DNA from: an uncultured Bacteroidales bacterium
GTDB lineage: Bacteria > Bacteroidota > Bacteroidia > Bacteroidales > UBA932
Assembly (NCBI GenBank): GCA_900319975.1
Contig: ONQP01000003.1
Span: 13,257-77,256 of the forward strand
Length of the DNA: 64,000 nucleotides
Direction of reading: 5' to 3'
Shown here: one piece after another, positions 38,704-48,540 of the stretch
Layout of the letters: every line of letters begins with the position of its first letter
How positions within the stretch are numbered: position 1 is the stretch's first letter
Notes under the pieces: generated by a model
Databases searched by the model: none
What the model was told of the DNA's origin: nothing
Seen by the model: only the letters and a program-made list of their open reading frames with translations
Position numbers and translations under genes: made by a program

Positions 38704-41700
38704 TTACAGGCCCAGCTGGACGCCGAGGAGGAACGTGCGCGGGAACGGATAGCGGCCGCTGTCGTAGCCGGTGGAGGTCACGCCCGAAGAGACCTCCGGG
38801 TCGCCGAACTTCGTGTACGGGGACAGGGTCAGCAGGTTCTGGACGCTGAGGGAGATCCGGGCGTTGCGGAAGGCGCCGCCGAGGATTTTCTTGTCGAAGG
38901 TGTAGCCGATCTGCAGGTTGGAGATCTTCAGGTAGTCGGCCTTCTCGACGTAGAAGTCGGACACGCGGGCGTTGCTGCCCACGTCGGTGCGGGTGGCGCG
39001 GGGATACGCGGCGCCCTTGTTGGACGGGCTCCAGGTATCCTTGACGGCCTCGGACAAGAAGTTGAAGTAGCCGTTGCTCTCGTTGCGGATCGCGGTCAGG
39101 TAGCACTTGGACCAGGAGAGCAGGGTCTGTCCGAGTGCGCCGTACATATAGACCGACAGGTCCCAGTTGCGGTAGCTGGCGGACAGGTTGAGGCCGTAGG
39201 AGAGCGCCGGGAAACCGTTGCCCAGGTAGTCCTTGTCGGCGGTGGTGATGTGGCCGTCGCCGTTGAGGTCCTTGAAGAGGAAGTCGCCGGGCGCGGTGCC
39301 CGCCATGTCATAGTAGGAACCGGGTCCGAATTTCTCGACGGCGGCCGCGTTGAGGGCGTCGATCTCCGCCTGGTCCTGGATGATGTGGTCCACGCGGTAG
39401 CCCTGGTAGGTACCGAGCGGGAGGCCGTTGAAGCAGACCTGGTAGTTCTCCCATCCGGAGCCCTGCGCACCGGAATTGGTGGTACCGGCGCCGATGTCGA
39501 CGGCCTTGTTCCAGTTGGTGGAGGCGGTGGCCGAAGCGGAGATGAACCAGTCGCGGCCGATCACCTTCTTGTAGCCGAGGGCGAACTCCAGACCGGTGTT
39601 GCGGATCGAGCCGAAGTTGGTCGTGATGCTGGTGAAGCCGGCGGACGGGCGGATGGTCTTGTTGAGGATCAGGTCGCGCGTGTCGCGGATGTAGTAGTCC
39701 ACCGAGAAGGTGAGGCTGTTGTGCAGCATCGCCAGGTCGAGGCCGACGTTGGTCTGGACGGAGGTCTCCCAGTGGAGGCCCTGGTCGATTTCGCTGGACT
39801 GCATGATGCCGACCAGGCGGATATATTCACGCATCTCGTCGAAATAGTCGAAGGTGGCGCCCGTGCTCATCTGCGGCACGGAAGCCGTCGCGCTGACGTT
39901 GGAGTTGCCGGTGGTACCCCAACCGGCGCGCAGTTTCAGCACGTCGAACAGGCGGAGCTGCTTGATGAAAGGCTCGCTGCCGAGGTTCCAGGCGGCGGAG
40001 AAGGAAGGGAAGGTGCCCCAGCGGTGCCGGCGGCCGAAGTTGGAGGAGCCGTCGCGGCGGACCGTCGCGGTGAGCATGTACTTGCTGTCGTAGGCGTAGT
40101 TGAAGCGCGCGAAGTAGGAAGCATGTCTGGACTGGATGTTGGGACCGCCGCCGCCCTTGTCGTAGTCTTCGTCGTTGGTGGAGAAGAAGCCGCGCAGGAA
40201 CGGGAACGTGAGGTCCTTGGTGGAAGAGTTGTTCCAGGATCCGTGGGACATCCCGGCGGACTGGCCGATCATCGCGGTGAGGTGGTGCTTGCCGAAATTC
40301 CGGTCGTAGGTGAGGTAGTTCTCTGCGCTCATCGACGTGCTGGCGGAACCGTTCGTGCTGAAGGAATCCACGGCCTTGTCGCCGTTGAGCTGCTGCCAGT
40401 CGTAGTAGGTGCCCACGAAGGAAGGCGAATAGCTCCAGCTGTTGGATCCGGAGAAATCATACTTGAGGTTGGTGCGGAAGGTCAGGCCCTTGGCGAGGGT
40501 GACTTGCGCCCAGAAGGCGTTGCGGACGGAGCCGCTGTCGCCGTCCCAGTCCTTGCCGAAGGTGGTCTTGAACTGGTCTGCATACGGGTTGCCGGTGTAC
40601 ATGCCGCCGGACAGCTCGACGTCCTGGTGGAACATATAGTGGCCGAACGTGCCGTCTTCGTAGACGACGGGCACGTGCACGAGCTGGTTGGTCTGCCGGT
40701 CGATGTAGTCCATCGTCGGCACGAGGCGGGCGTAGTTGATCATGTTTCCGCCGCCCTTGCCCTTGGAGGTGTTGAAATTGATGGACAGGCCGACCTTGAG
40801 CCATTTGGTGATGTCAAAGTCGGAGTTGAGGCGCAGGAAGAGGCGTTTCTGCCAGGAGTTGACGATGATGCCCTTGTTGTCCATATAGCCGATGGAGAAA
40901 TTCGTGCGGGCATGCTCGGAACCGCCCGAGACGGAGATGTTGTACTGCTGGCGGATGGCGGTCTGGGTCATCACGTCCTGCCAGTCGATCTCGTGGAGCT
41001 GGTCGTCATAGCTGCCGTTGAAGGCCGGGAACGGGGTGCGGCCGTCGGTCTCGATGGACTGGCGGTATACTTGCAGCCAGTCGGAGAGCGAGGCCATCTC
41101 GAGCCGGGAGGCGAAGGTGGAGATACCGACGGAGGCGTTGAAGTCCACGCGGGTCTTGCCGGCCTGGCCCTTGCGGGTGGTCACCAGGATGACGCCGTTG
41201 GCGCCGTTGGCACCGTAGATGGCGGTCGCGGAGGCGTCCTTGAGGATCTCGACGCTCTCGACGTCCTGCGGGTCGAGCCAGCTCAGGTTGGCGGACGTGC
41301 CGTGGTCGATGCCGTCCACGATCCAGAGCGGGTTGGTGTCGCCGTTGACCGTGGCGACGCCGCGGATGCGGATGTTGTATCCGCCGGTCGGGTCGCCGCT
41401 GGCCTGGGTGATCACGACGCCGGCGGCGGCGCCCTGGAGGCCCTGGGCGATGGAGATCGGCGAGCGCTTGTGCATCGACTCGGAATCGACGGAGGCGACC
41501 GAGCCGGTCACGTCACTTTTCTTCTGGGTACCGTAACCGATCACCACGGTCTCTTCCAGGAAGAGCTTGTCTTCTTCGAGGACGAAGTCGAGGCGTGCCT
41601 GGCCGCGGGTGAGCTTCCGCTCGGTCTGGACGTATCCGATGCAGGACACGACGATGACCGCGTTGTCCGGGACGGACAGGGAATAGGCGCCGCTGGCGTC

Positions 41701-41874
41701 GGTCGTGGAGCCGATGGTCGTGCCCTTTACGAACACGCCGGCCGCGACGACGGGTTCGCCGTTGGCATCTTTGACGGTACCGGAAATCCGGTTCTGGGCG
41801 AACAGCTGTCCGGCGCCTGCGGTGACGAGCAGGAGCAGGACGGCCCAGGTCCGTTGGAGGTGTTTTTTCATCAT
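38704..41874 (-). CDS. susC: SusC/RagA family TonB-dependent transporter
   Basis: VVIGYGTQKK, PLWIVDG, ILKDASATAIYG..GANGVILVTT, RRDGSSNFG, YP.PRT. Confidence 0.98.
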   Translation of the reverse strand: MMKKHLQRTWAVLLLLVTAGAGQLFAQNRISGTVKDANGEPVVAAGVFVKGTTIGSTTDASGAYSLSVPDNAVIVVSCIGYVQTERKLTRGQARLDFVLEEDKLFLEETVVIGYGTQKKSDVTGSVASVDSESMHKRSPISIAQGLQGAAAGVVITQASGDPTGGYNIRIRGVATVNGDTNPLWIVDGIDHGTSANLSWLDPQDVESVEILKDASATAIYGANGANGVILVTTRKGQAGKTRVDFNASVGISTFASRLEMASLSDWLQVYRQSIETDGRTPFPAFNGSYDDQLHEIDWQDVMTQTAIRQQYNISVSGGSEHARTNFSIGYMDNKGIIVNSWQKRLFLRLNSDFDITKWLKVGLSINFNTSKGKGGGNMINYARLVPTMDYIDRQTNQLVHVPVVYEDGTFGHYMFHQDVELSGGMYTGNPYADQFKTTFGKDWDGDSGSVRNAFWAQVTLAKGLTFRTNLKYDFSGSNSWSYSPSFVGTYYDWQQLNGDKAVDSFSTNGSASTSMSAENYLTYDRNFGKHHLTAMIGQSAGMSHGSWNNSSTKDLTFPFLRGFFSTNDEDYDKGGGGPNIQSRHASYFARFNYAYDSKYMLTATVRRDGSSNFGRRHRWGTFPSFSAAWNLGSEPFIKQLRLFDVLKLRAGWGTTGNSNVSATASVPQMSTGATFDYFDEMREYIRLVGIMQSSEIDQGLHWETSVQTNVGLDLAMLHNSLTFSVDYYIRDTRDLILNKTIRPSAGFTSITTNFGSIRNTGLEFALGYKKVIGRDWFISASATASTNWNKAVDIGAGTTNSGAQGSGWENYQVCFNGLPLGTYQGYRVDHIIQDQAEIDALNAAAVEKFGPGSYYDMAGTAPGDFLFKDLNGDGHITTADKDYLGNGFPALSYGLNLSASYRNWDLSVYMYGALGQTLLSWSKCYLTAIRNESNGYFNFLSEAVKDTWSPSNKGAAYPRATRTDVGSNARVSDFYVEKADYLKISNLQIGYTFDKKILGGAFRNARISLSVQNLLTLSPYTKFGDPEVSSGVTSTGYDSGRYPFPRTFLLGVQLGL

Positions 41875-41922
41875 AAGAGTTGAATGTTAGTGGATGGTGT
41901 TTTAGTGGATAATGGTATTTAA

Positions 41923-43545
41923 TCAGTTGTTTATCAGTGCTCTGCAGGCGCGGTCGGGATCGAGCTGGACCGAGCAGTCGTCGTCCAGGACCATCACTTC
42001 ACCGCGCTCCGGGGTATAGGGCGGCCAGGCCGGAAGGCCCTTGCAGCCGGGGTTGCCCGTCCGCATGAAGGCGAGCAGCGCGTCGGCCATCTTGTCGGAG
42101 AGGCGTCGCGGCCGCGCTCCGCCGCCCGTATGGGTCAGCATCACGTCCGTGTTGTGCAGCCAGAAGCAGATGTCGATGCAGTGGAACGCGCGCTGGCGCC
42201 CGTCGAACAGGGGCGGCTGCCACTGGAACCACGCCATATAGACGGGTGCGCCCTGCGCATATTTGGCGTCCGCCGTGTGGACGACGCCGGTGCGCGGCCA
42301 GGTCAGCATCGCCCAGATCTCCACCGGGCGGTATTGCGGGAACGTACGCGCGTAGGCCTCCACGACCGCGCGCGTCTTTTCTCCATAAGTGGGCGTCAGG
42401 CGCGCGACCACGCCGTCCAGGGAGATGTTTTCGAGCTCCGGATTGTCCCGGTTGGGATTCCACTCGTGCAGCGTCGTGCAGAGCAGCATCGGGACGACCG
42501 GCCGCTGCGTGTCGGCCGCGTCGAACAGGGGACCCGCGGGGATGTCGAGCCCGTCGCCGACGGGGCTGAAATCGGCGCGGGAGCCGGGATGCTGGCGGTT
42601 GTATTTGCGGAGGGCCGTGTAGGCCAGATTGTAGTATTCCTCCCAGGGCATTTCCTGCAGCCGGTCGATCTGGTCGGGGGTCAGGCCCGCTTCCTGCAGG
42701 ATATAGGCGCCGAGCGACTCGGACGCCGTCTTTCCGCCCGCCTCGGCCATGTTGCCGCTCAGGGCGACCGCCTTGTGGACAAGCCCCCTGGCGGCCGGCA
42801 TCGAGGCGATCAGGCAGACCTTGGCGCCGCCGCCGGACTGCCCGATGATGGTCACATTGCCGGGATCCCCGCCGAAGCGGGAAATGTTGTCGTGGATCCA
42901 CCGGAGGGCGGCCACGATGTCGAGCATCCCGACATTGCCGGAATGCTTGTATTTCTCTCCGCCGACGGCGGAAAAGTCGCTGAATCCGAATGCGTTGAGG
43001 CGATGGTTGACCGAGCAGCAGACGACGTCACCGTAGCGGGCGAGGTTCTCTCCGCCGTAGCCGTCCTGCTCGATGGCATTGCCGCTGGAGAAGCCGCCGC
43101 CGTGGAGCCAGACCAGGACCGGGCGCTTCTTGCCGTCCAGCCCGGGCGTCCAGACGTTCAGCCGCAGGCAGTCCTCGCCGATCCGGTCGTAGTTCCAGTG
43201 GTCCTGGAAGAAGGAGAACGACTCGGCGGAGCGGTCGTAGCCGATGGCCTGCGGGGCCGATTCGCCGTAGTTCACGGTCGGGCGGACGCCCGACCAGGGC
43301 TCCGGCTCCTGCGGCGGCAGGAAGCGGTTCGCGCCGGTCGTGGACGCGCCGTAGGGAATCCCCTTGAAATGATAGATATCGCGCAGGATGTAGCCCCGGA
43401 CCTTTCCGTAGGCGGTCTGGGCGACGGCGATGTCGTCGCCGACAAAAAGTTGCTGCCCGTCAGCGTTCCGGTCGGCGGAGCTGCAGGCGCCGCAGAGCAG
43501 GAGGACGAGGGCCAGCCAGGACAGTGGGAAGCGGGTGGAAATCAT
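41923..43545 (-). CDS. Type-B carboxylesterase, probable lipoprotein
   Basis: FKGIPYG, EDCLRLNVW, WLHGGGF, FGGDPGNVTI.GQSGG (Ser), TLHE (Glu), AFHC (His); signal ending GAC. Confidence 0.92.
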   Translation of the reverse strand: MISTRFPLSWLALVLLLCGACSSADRNADGQQLFVGDDIAVAQTAYGKVRGYILRDIYHFKGIPYGASTTGANRFLPPQEPEPWSGVRPTVNYGESAPQAIGYDRSAESFSFFQDHWNYDRIGEDCLRLNVWTPGLDGKKRPVLVWLHGGGFSSGNAIEQDGYGGENLARYGDVVCCSVNHRLNAFGFSDFSAVGGEKYKHSGNVGMLDIVAALRWIHDNISRFGGDPGNVTIIGQSGGGAKVCLIASMPAARGLVHKAVALSGNMAEAGGKTASESLGAYILQEAGLTPDQIDRLQEMPWEEYYNLAYTALRKYNRQHPGSRADFSPVGDGLDIPAGPLFDAADTQRPVVPMLLCTTLHEWNPNRDNPELENISLDGVVARLTPTYGEKTRAVVEAYARTFPQYRPVEIWAMLTWPRTGVVHTADAKYAQGAPVYMAWFQWQPPLFDGRQRAFHCIDICFWLHNTDVMLTHTGGGARPRRLSDKMADALLAFMRTGNPGCKGLPAWPPYTPERGEVMVLDDDCSVQLDPDRACRALINN

Positions 43546-43563
43546 GTGGATTTTGGCTTGATG

Positions 43564-43629
43564 CAAATGTAGACAACGCCCGGCGGCGCCCCGGCTCCGA
43601 ATCGAACAGTTTCGGACATTTTTCGGACA
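43564..43629 (-). promoter_or_regulatory. PUL operon promoter: -7 box plus triple heptamer operator
   Basis: TACATTTG (43564-43571, minus) and TCGAACA / TCGGACA / TCGGACA at 43602, 43612, 43623. Confidence 0.75.
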
Positions 43630-43681
43630 GAGGCTGTGAAGTCCCGTCCGATTTGTGTAAATTCACCGAAAAATCGGCGAT

Positions 43682-46600
43682 ATGCTTCATCTCGCTACCC
43701 ACAACCACATTGCCATCCTTTTCCTTGCCCTGCTGGGCGTTCCCGCCTACGGAGCCGGTTTCGCGCCCTCGTGGGCGGAGCCGGTCCCCGGCACCCAGAC
43801 CCTGTCCGTGCGCTCGGTTGCGCAGGACGACAAGAAGGAGATCTGGTTCGGTACGGACAAGAACCTCTACCGCTACGACGGTTATGCCCCGACCCTTTGC
43901 GTGGACCGGGAGCGCAATAACGACCACTTCCAGATCAACGACATCGTCTGCGTGGACCACCGCGTCCTGCTCGGCTGCGTGGGCGGTTTCGTGATCTATG
44001 ACAGCCTGGACGGCACCTTCACCTGGCCCCACGAGCTGGCCGGCAAGGAGGTGTCTTCTCTCGAACGCCACGGGGACACGGTCTGGATCGGGTCTTCGGT
44101 GGGCCTGTTCCGCTTCGACATCCGCGACGGCGCCCTCGCGTCCGTGCCGCTCGAGGGCGGCCCCAACATCCGCTCGCTGGCCGTCCTGGGCGACGAACTC
44201 GTCCTGGGCACGCGCCGTCCGGCCGCCGTCCGGCTCTACGGCCTGACGGACCTGCGCCTGCACGAGACCTATACGCCGGACCCTCACCCCTATGCGATGG
44301 TGGACGTGGTCGAGCCGCTGGACGCCAACCGCCTGCTGGTGGGCACGTCCAACGCGCTGTTCGAAATCGACCGCCTGCGGGGCGAGACGCGGCCGCTCGC
44401 CGAGTTCCCCTGGGTCAAGACCCTGTGCCGCGAGGGCGACGGCTGCCTGGTGGGCACGGACAACGGTCTGTATGCCCTTTCCGCGGAGCGCGGAAGGGAA
44501 AAGCAGCGGGATGACGTGGTGTGGCGGATTTTCCGCGACGCGGACGACAACCTCTGGCTCGGGACCGACACCGGCCTGCTGCTTTGCCGCAACGAGCGGC
44601 TCGTCAGCCCGATGCCCGGCGTGCCGGCCGGCGCAGGCAACCTCTTCTCCTGCCTGTGCGGCGACGGCCGGGGCCGGCTCTTCGCCGGCGGCAGCCACGG
44701 CATCCTGGTCTATGGCGACGGCCCGGACCCCGACACGCCCGTGTGGTACAAGATGCGGGACGCCGAACACCCCCTGATGCACAACAAGGTCCGCCAGATC
44801 CGCCTGAACCCCTACACCGGCTGGATCTGGGCCGAGACGGCGGGCGGAATGACCGGCTACGACGCCGCGCGGCACCGTTTCCTGCAGGTGACGATGCCCA
44901 ACCAGGCGGCGTCCCATTCCAATTCCTTCGACATGCTCTTCGAGCGGGACGGCTACTGGATCGCGTCGTTCTCCGGGCTGGCCTTTTTCCGGCACGACCA
45001 GCTGGTGGACGCCGTCACCATCGAGACCGGCCTGTCCACCAACCAGGTCGCGCAGCTGGCCAAGGACCGCACGGGCCGCCTGTGGATCCGGACCGACGAC
45101 CGCAACGTCTGGATCTATGACGACCAGGAGCGGCGCCCGGTCCTCTTCTTCCCCCGGGGACAGGGGCCCTCGTCGGTCTGGGACCTGCTCTACGCCGACA
45201 GCAGTGGCGACATCTGGCTGGCGTCCGGCGACCGCGTCTACAAGGTCGAGCCGGCGATTTCGCGCGAGCTGCTGGCCGCGGAATACGTGCTCCCGGGCCG
45301 CGAGAAGACCGAAATCCGCGCGCTGACCGAGGTCGGGAACACCATCTGGGCCGCGTCCTCGCAGGGCGTCTTCCTGCTGGACAAGGTCGGCGGCGTCTTC
45401 CCCGTGGCCGCCGACGGCAGCTATGTCAGCCTCTACTACGACCGGGAGGCCGACCTGGTCTATCTGGGTTCGCTCGACCGCATCGACCGCATCCGCTACC
45501 AGGATGCGCGCAAGTGGATCCAGCGCCCGGCGCAGCCGATCCACCTGACCCGCATCCAGGTCAACGGCGAGCAGAGCATCCCTGCCCGCGATTTCGCGGA
45601 CGGGACGCTCACCCTGCCATATTCCGCCAACAACCTCTATCTCTATTTCTCGGACTTCGACTACACGGCGGGCAGCCTTTCGCGCTTCCGCTTCTATATG
45701 AACGGCGACCCGGAGCGCTGGTTCAGCGCGGGCGGCGACGGCAACCGCATCTTCCTGCCCAACCTTTCCCCGGGCCGGCACCGGATCTCGGTGTCCGGTT
45801 TCGGCGGCGACGCCGGGCGGCAGCTGCTCTCCGTGCGGATCCTGCGCCCGTGGTATCTCTCGACGGTGGCGCTCATCTTCTACGGCCTGCTCGCCGTCTG
45901 GCTGGCCTACCTGACCCTGCGCACCTACCTGTCGCGCAAGCGGATCCATATGGAGCGCCTGCAGCGCGCCCGGGAGATCGCCCAGGCCAAGTCCAAGATC
46001 GAGTTCTTCGCCGACGTCTCCCACGAATTCAAGACCCCGCTCAGCATGATCCTGGCGCCGGTCAGCCTGCTGCTGGCCGAAGAGCGCGACGAGCGGAAGC
46101 GGCAGTCCCTCCAGCTCGTCCAGGACAGCGCCAAGAAGATCAATTCGCTGATCCATCTCTCGCTCGACTATTACAACGAGAATGCGGACCACGCCGACAG
46201 CGTCTCCCGTTCGCCCCTGGAGCTGGTCGGCTTCTCGCGCCAGATCCTGCAGGTGTTCGAGGAGAATTTCCCGCAGCTGACGTTCCATTTCGTCTCCGAC
46301 GCGCCGTCGCTGACGCTCAACCTGGATGCCGTCAAGATGGAGACCATCCTGACCAACATCATCTCGAACGCCTGCAAATACACCCCCGAGGGCGGTTCGG
46401 TCATCCTTTCCCTCTCGCAGGACCGCCAGGCCGGCCTGCTGTCCGTCAAAATCTCCGACACGGGCGTCGGCATCCCGGCGGAGGACCTGCCCTACATCTT
46501 CCAGCGCTACTTCCAGTCGTCGCGCACCAAGGGTGCCGGACAGGGCACCGGCGTGGGCCTGTCCATCGTCCGCAAGTACGTCGAACTGCTCGGCGGCAAG

Positions 46601-47482
46601 GTCTCCGCGACTTCCGGCGACACGGGCTCGACCTTCCACATCCTCCTGCCGGTCGAAGCGGCGGAGGCCGCGCCCGCCGGCGAAGAGACGCCGGGCGGCC
46701 GGGCGCTGCCGCAGATCGTCATCGTGGACGACAACAAGACCATCTGCGATTTCCTGTGCGGCGTGCTCAAGGACCGCTACGCGTGCCTGTGCGCCCACGA
46801 CGGCGCGGCCGGCCTGCAGCTCTGCCGGGAGGTCCTGCCCGACCTGATCATCGCGGACGTGGTGATGCCGGGGATGGATGGCCTGGAGATGTGCCGCCAG
46901 GTGCGTCTCGTGCCCGAACTCTCCATCGTCCCCATCATCCTGCTGACGGCCCGGGACGACCGCGAGACGGAGAAGCGGAGCATCAGCCTCAACATCGACG
47001 CCTTCTTCGGCAAGCCGTTCGACATGGGCACGCTCTCCGCCCGCATCGACCAGCTGATCGCCAAGAACCGCCGCGTGCGGGACAAGCTGCGCCTGGAGAT
47101 GATCTCAACGCCCGGGATGGGCGACGAGATCTCTTCCGACGAGAAGATCCTGGGCGAGATCACCGGCCTGATCGAGCAGCACCTCGACGACGCGCGCTTC
47201 TCCGTGGATGCGCTCTGCACGCTGAGCGGCTACAGCGAGAAGTTCATCTACCGCAAGATCAAGCGCCTGACCGGCCTCTCCACGGTCGAGTACATCCGTT
47301 CCATCCGGATGAAAAAAGCCGCCCTGCTGCTGCAGAACGGCAATTTCACCGTGTCGGAGGCGATGTATATGGTGGGCTTCACCAACACGTCCTATTTCTC
47401 GCGGGCGTTCTGCGCCCAGTTCGGCAAGACGCCGCGCGAATACCGCCAGGCCTTCCGGCAGCACGCCGGCGACGGCGAATAG
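43682..47482 (+). CDS. Hybrid two-component sensor/regulator (HTCS)
   Basis: Beta-propeller repeats (WFGTD, WLGTD), TM helix, SHEFKTPL, G-boxes DTGVGI / GTGVGL, receiver DVVMPGMDG, AraC HTH. Confidence 0.97.
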   Translation: MLHLATHNHIAILFLALLGVPAYGAGFAPSWAEPVPGTQTLSVRSVAQDDKKEIWFGTDKNLYRYDGYAPTLCVDRERNNDHFQINDIVCVDHRVLLGCVGGFVIYDSLDGTFTWPHELAGKEVSSLERHGDTVWIGSSVGLFRFDIRDGALASVPLEGGPNIRSLAVLGDELVLGTRRPAAVRLYGLTDLRLHETYTPDPHPYAMVDVVEPLDANRLLVGTSNALFEIDRLRGETRPLAEFPWVKTLCREGDGCLVGTDNGLYALSAERGREKQRDDVVWRIFRDADDNLWLGTDTGLLLCRNERLVSPMPGVPAGAGNLFSCLCGDGRGRLFAGGSHGILVYGDGPDPDTPVWYKMRDAEHPLMHNKVRQIRLNPYTGWIWAETAGGMTGYDAARHRFLQVTMPNQAASHSNSFDMLFERDGYWIASFSGLAFFRHDQLVDAVTIETGLSTNQVAQLAKDRTGRLWIRTDDRNVWIYDDQERRPVLFFPRGQGPSSVWDLLYADSSGDIWLASGDRVYKVEPAISRELLAAEYVLPGREKTEIRALTEVGNTIWAASSQGVFLLDKVGGVFPVAADGSYVSLYYDREADLVYLGSLDRIDRIRYQDARKWIQRPAQPIHLTRIQVNGEQSIPARDFADGTLTLPYSANNLYLYFSDFDYTAGSLSRFRFYMNGDPERWFSAGGDGNRIFLPNLSPGRHRISVSGFGGDAGRQLLSVRILRPWYLSTVALIFYGLLAVWLAYLTLRTYLSRKRIHMERLQRAREIAQAKSKIEFFADVSHEFKTPLSMILAPVSLLLAEERDERKRQSLQLVQDSAKKINSLIHLSLDYYNENADHADSVSRSPLELVGFSRQILQVFEENFPQLTFHFVSDAPSLTLNLDAVKMETILTNIISNACKYTPEGGSVILSLSQDRQAGLLSVKISDTGVGIPAEDLPYIFQRYFQSSRTKGAGQGTGVGLSIVRKYVELLGGKVSATSGDTGSTFHILLPVEAAEAAPAGEETPGGRALPQIVIVDDNKTICDFLCGVLKDRYACLCAHDGAAGLQLCREVLPDLIIADVVMPGMDGLEMCRQVRLVPELSIVPIILLTARDDRETEKRSISLNIDAFFGKPFDMGTLSARIDQLIAKNRRVRDKLRLEMISTPGMGDEISSDEKILGEITGLIEQHLDDARFSVDALCTLSGYSEKFIYRKIKRLTGLSTVEYIRSIRMKKAALLLQNGNFTVSEAMYMVGFTNTSYFSRAFCAQFGKTPREYRQAFRQHAGDGE

Positions 47483-47493
47483 CGGCCCGCCCT

Positions 47494-48441
47494 TTATTCC
47501 GCGGGCGTTGCGTCCAGAAAACCGACCTTCTTCATGAAGGCGTGGAAGAGGTCGATCCACAGATAGACGGGGCTGTCGCTTTCCGGATAATAGGCGAAGC
47601 CATGGCTTTCGCCGGCAAAGATGTGCGCTTCCGCCGGCAGGCCGGCCTGACGCCAGGCCCCGACCATGTTGAGCCCGGTCAGGCCCGGAAACAGGTCGAA
47701 TTCCGGTGCCGTTACAAAGAGCGGCGCCGCATCGTCCGGCAGCTTCTCCGGCAGCGAAAAGGCGCTTCCATAAATGGGCGCGACCAGGTTGGGGCGGCTT
47801 TCCGGGGTGTGGTGCAGGGCCACGTCGGCGGCCAGGATCCCTCCGGCGGAGAAGCCCATGATGCCGATCCGATCCGGGTCCACGCCGAACTCCTCCGCGT
47901 GGCGGCGCACATAGGCGATGGCCGCCCGGCCGTCGTCATTATACAGGCCGCGTGCGGCGCGCATGTGCTCCGAGAGGGCCTGCTGCTCCTCCGGCGTATA
48001 GCTGGGCGCCGGGTCGCCCGTCACTTCCGAGAAGGCTTCCTGCGCGTCGTGCGCGAAATGGTAGAGGCGGTATTTGAGCACGAAGGCAGCCACGCCGTGG
48101 TCGGCCAGCCACCTGGCCACGTTGATTCCCTCTTTGGTGAAATAGTGGATCTTGAAGCTGCCGCCCGGGCAGACGATCATCGCGGCGCCCGTCGCGCGTC
48201 CCGCCTGCGGCAGGTAGGCGACCAGCTCCGGATCCTTGACGTTGGCGAAATAGACCTCGCCGCGCGCGTCGGTGTAGGTGTATTCTTCCCAGTCCCAGCC
48301 TTCGCTGCCGGGCGCGGGGCCGTCGTAGATACGGTAGCTGGTCGGGAGGTTGGATGACGGAGTCCCGGCCGTTTGCTGGCCGGAACAGACGGCGGCCCAC
48401 AGGAATAGCAGACACGCCGGGAGGAGGAGATACTTTTTCAT
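47494..48441 (-). CDS. Exported alpha/beta-hydrolase, probable carbohydrate esterase
   Basis: Signal peptide; CPGGSF, GFSAGG nucleophile elbow, HGF. Confidence 0.88.
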   Translation of the reverse strand: MKKYLLLPACLLFLWAAVCSGQQTAGTPSSNLPTSYRIYDGPAPGSEGWDWEEYTYTDARGEVYFANVKDPELVAYLPQAGRATGAAMIVCPGGSFKIHYFTKEGINVARWLADHGVAAFVLKYRLYHFAHDAQEAFSEVTGDPAPSYTPEEQQALSEHMRAARGLYNDDGRAAIAYVRRHAEEFGVDPDRIGIMGFSAGGILAADVALHHTPESRPNLVAPIYGSAFSLPEKLPDDAAPLFVTAPEFDLFPGLTGLNMVGAWRQAGLPAEAHIFAGESHGFAYYPESDSPVYLWIDLFHAFMKKVGFLDATPAE

Positions 48442-48456
48442 ACGGATTCTTTTGTG

Positions 48457-48522
48457 CAAATGTAGGGGCTGCACATCGGAAATAAGCGCCCGCTTCGGAC
48501 AGAATCGGACACAATCCGGACA
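48457..48522 (-). promoter_or_regulatory. Esterase promoter: -7 box plus triple heptamer operator
   Basis: TACATTTG (48457-48464, minus) and TCGGACA / TCGGACA / CCGGACA at 48495, 48505, 48516. Confidence 0.75.
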
Positions 48523-48540
48523 CGGAGGGCTTCCGGAGCC

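Noticed and set aside
43600-43630. Short repeats as CRISPR or invertible-promoter repeats
   Set aside because: Only 7-mers in direct orientation, with no spacers, cas genes or recombinase; they fit a regulator operator better.
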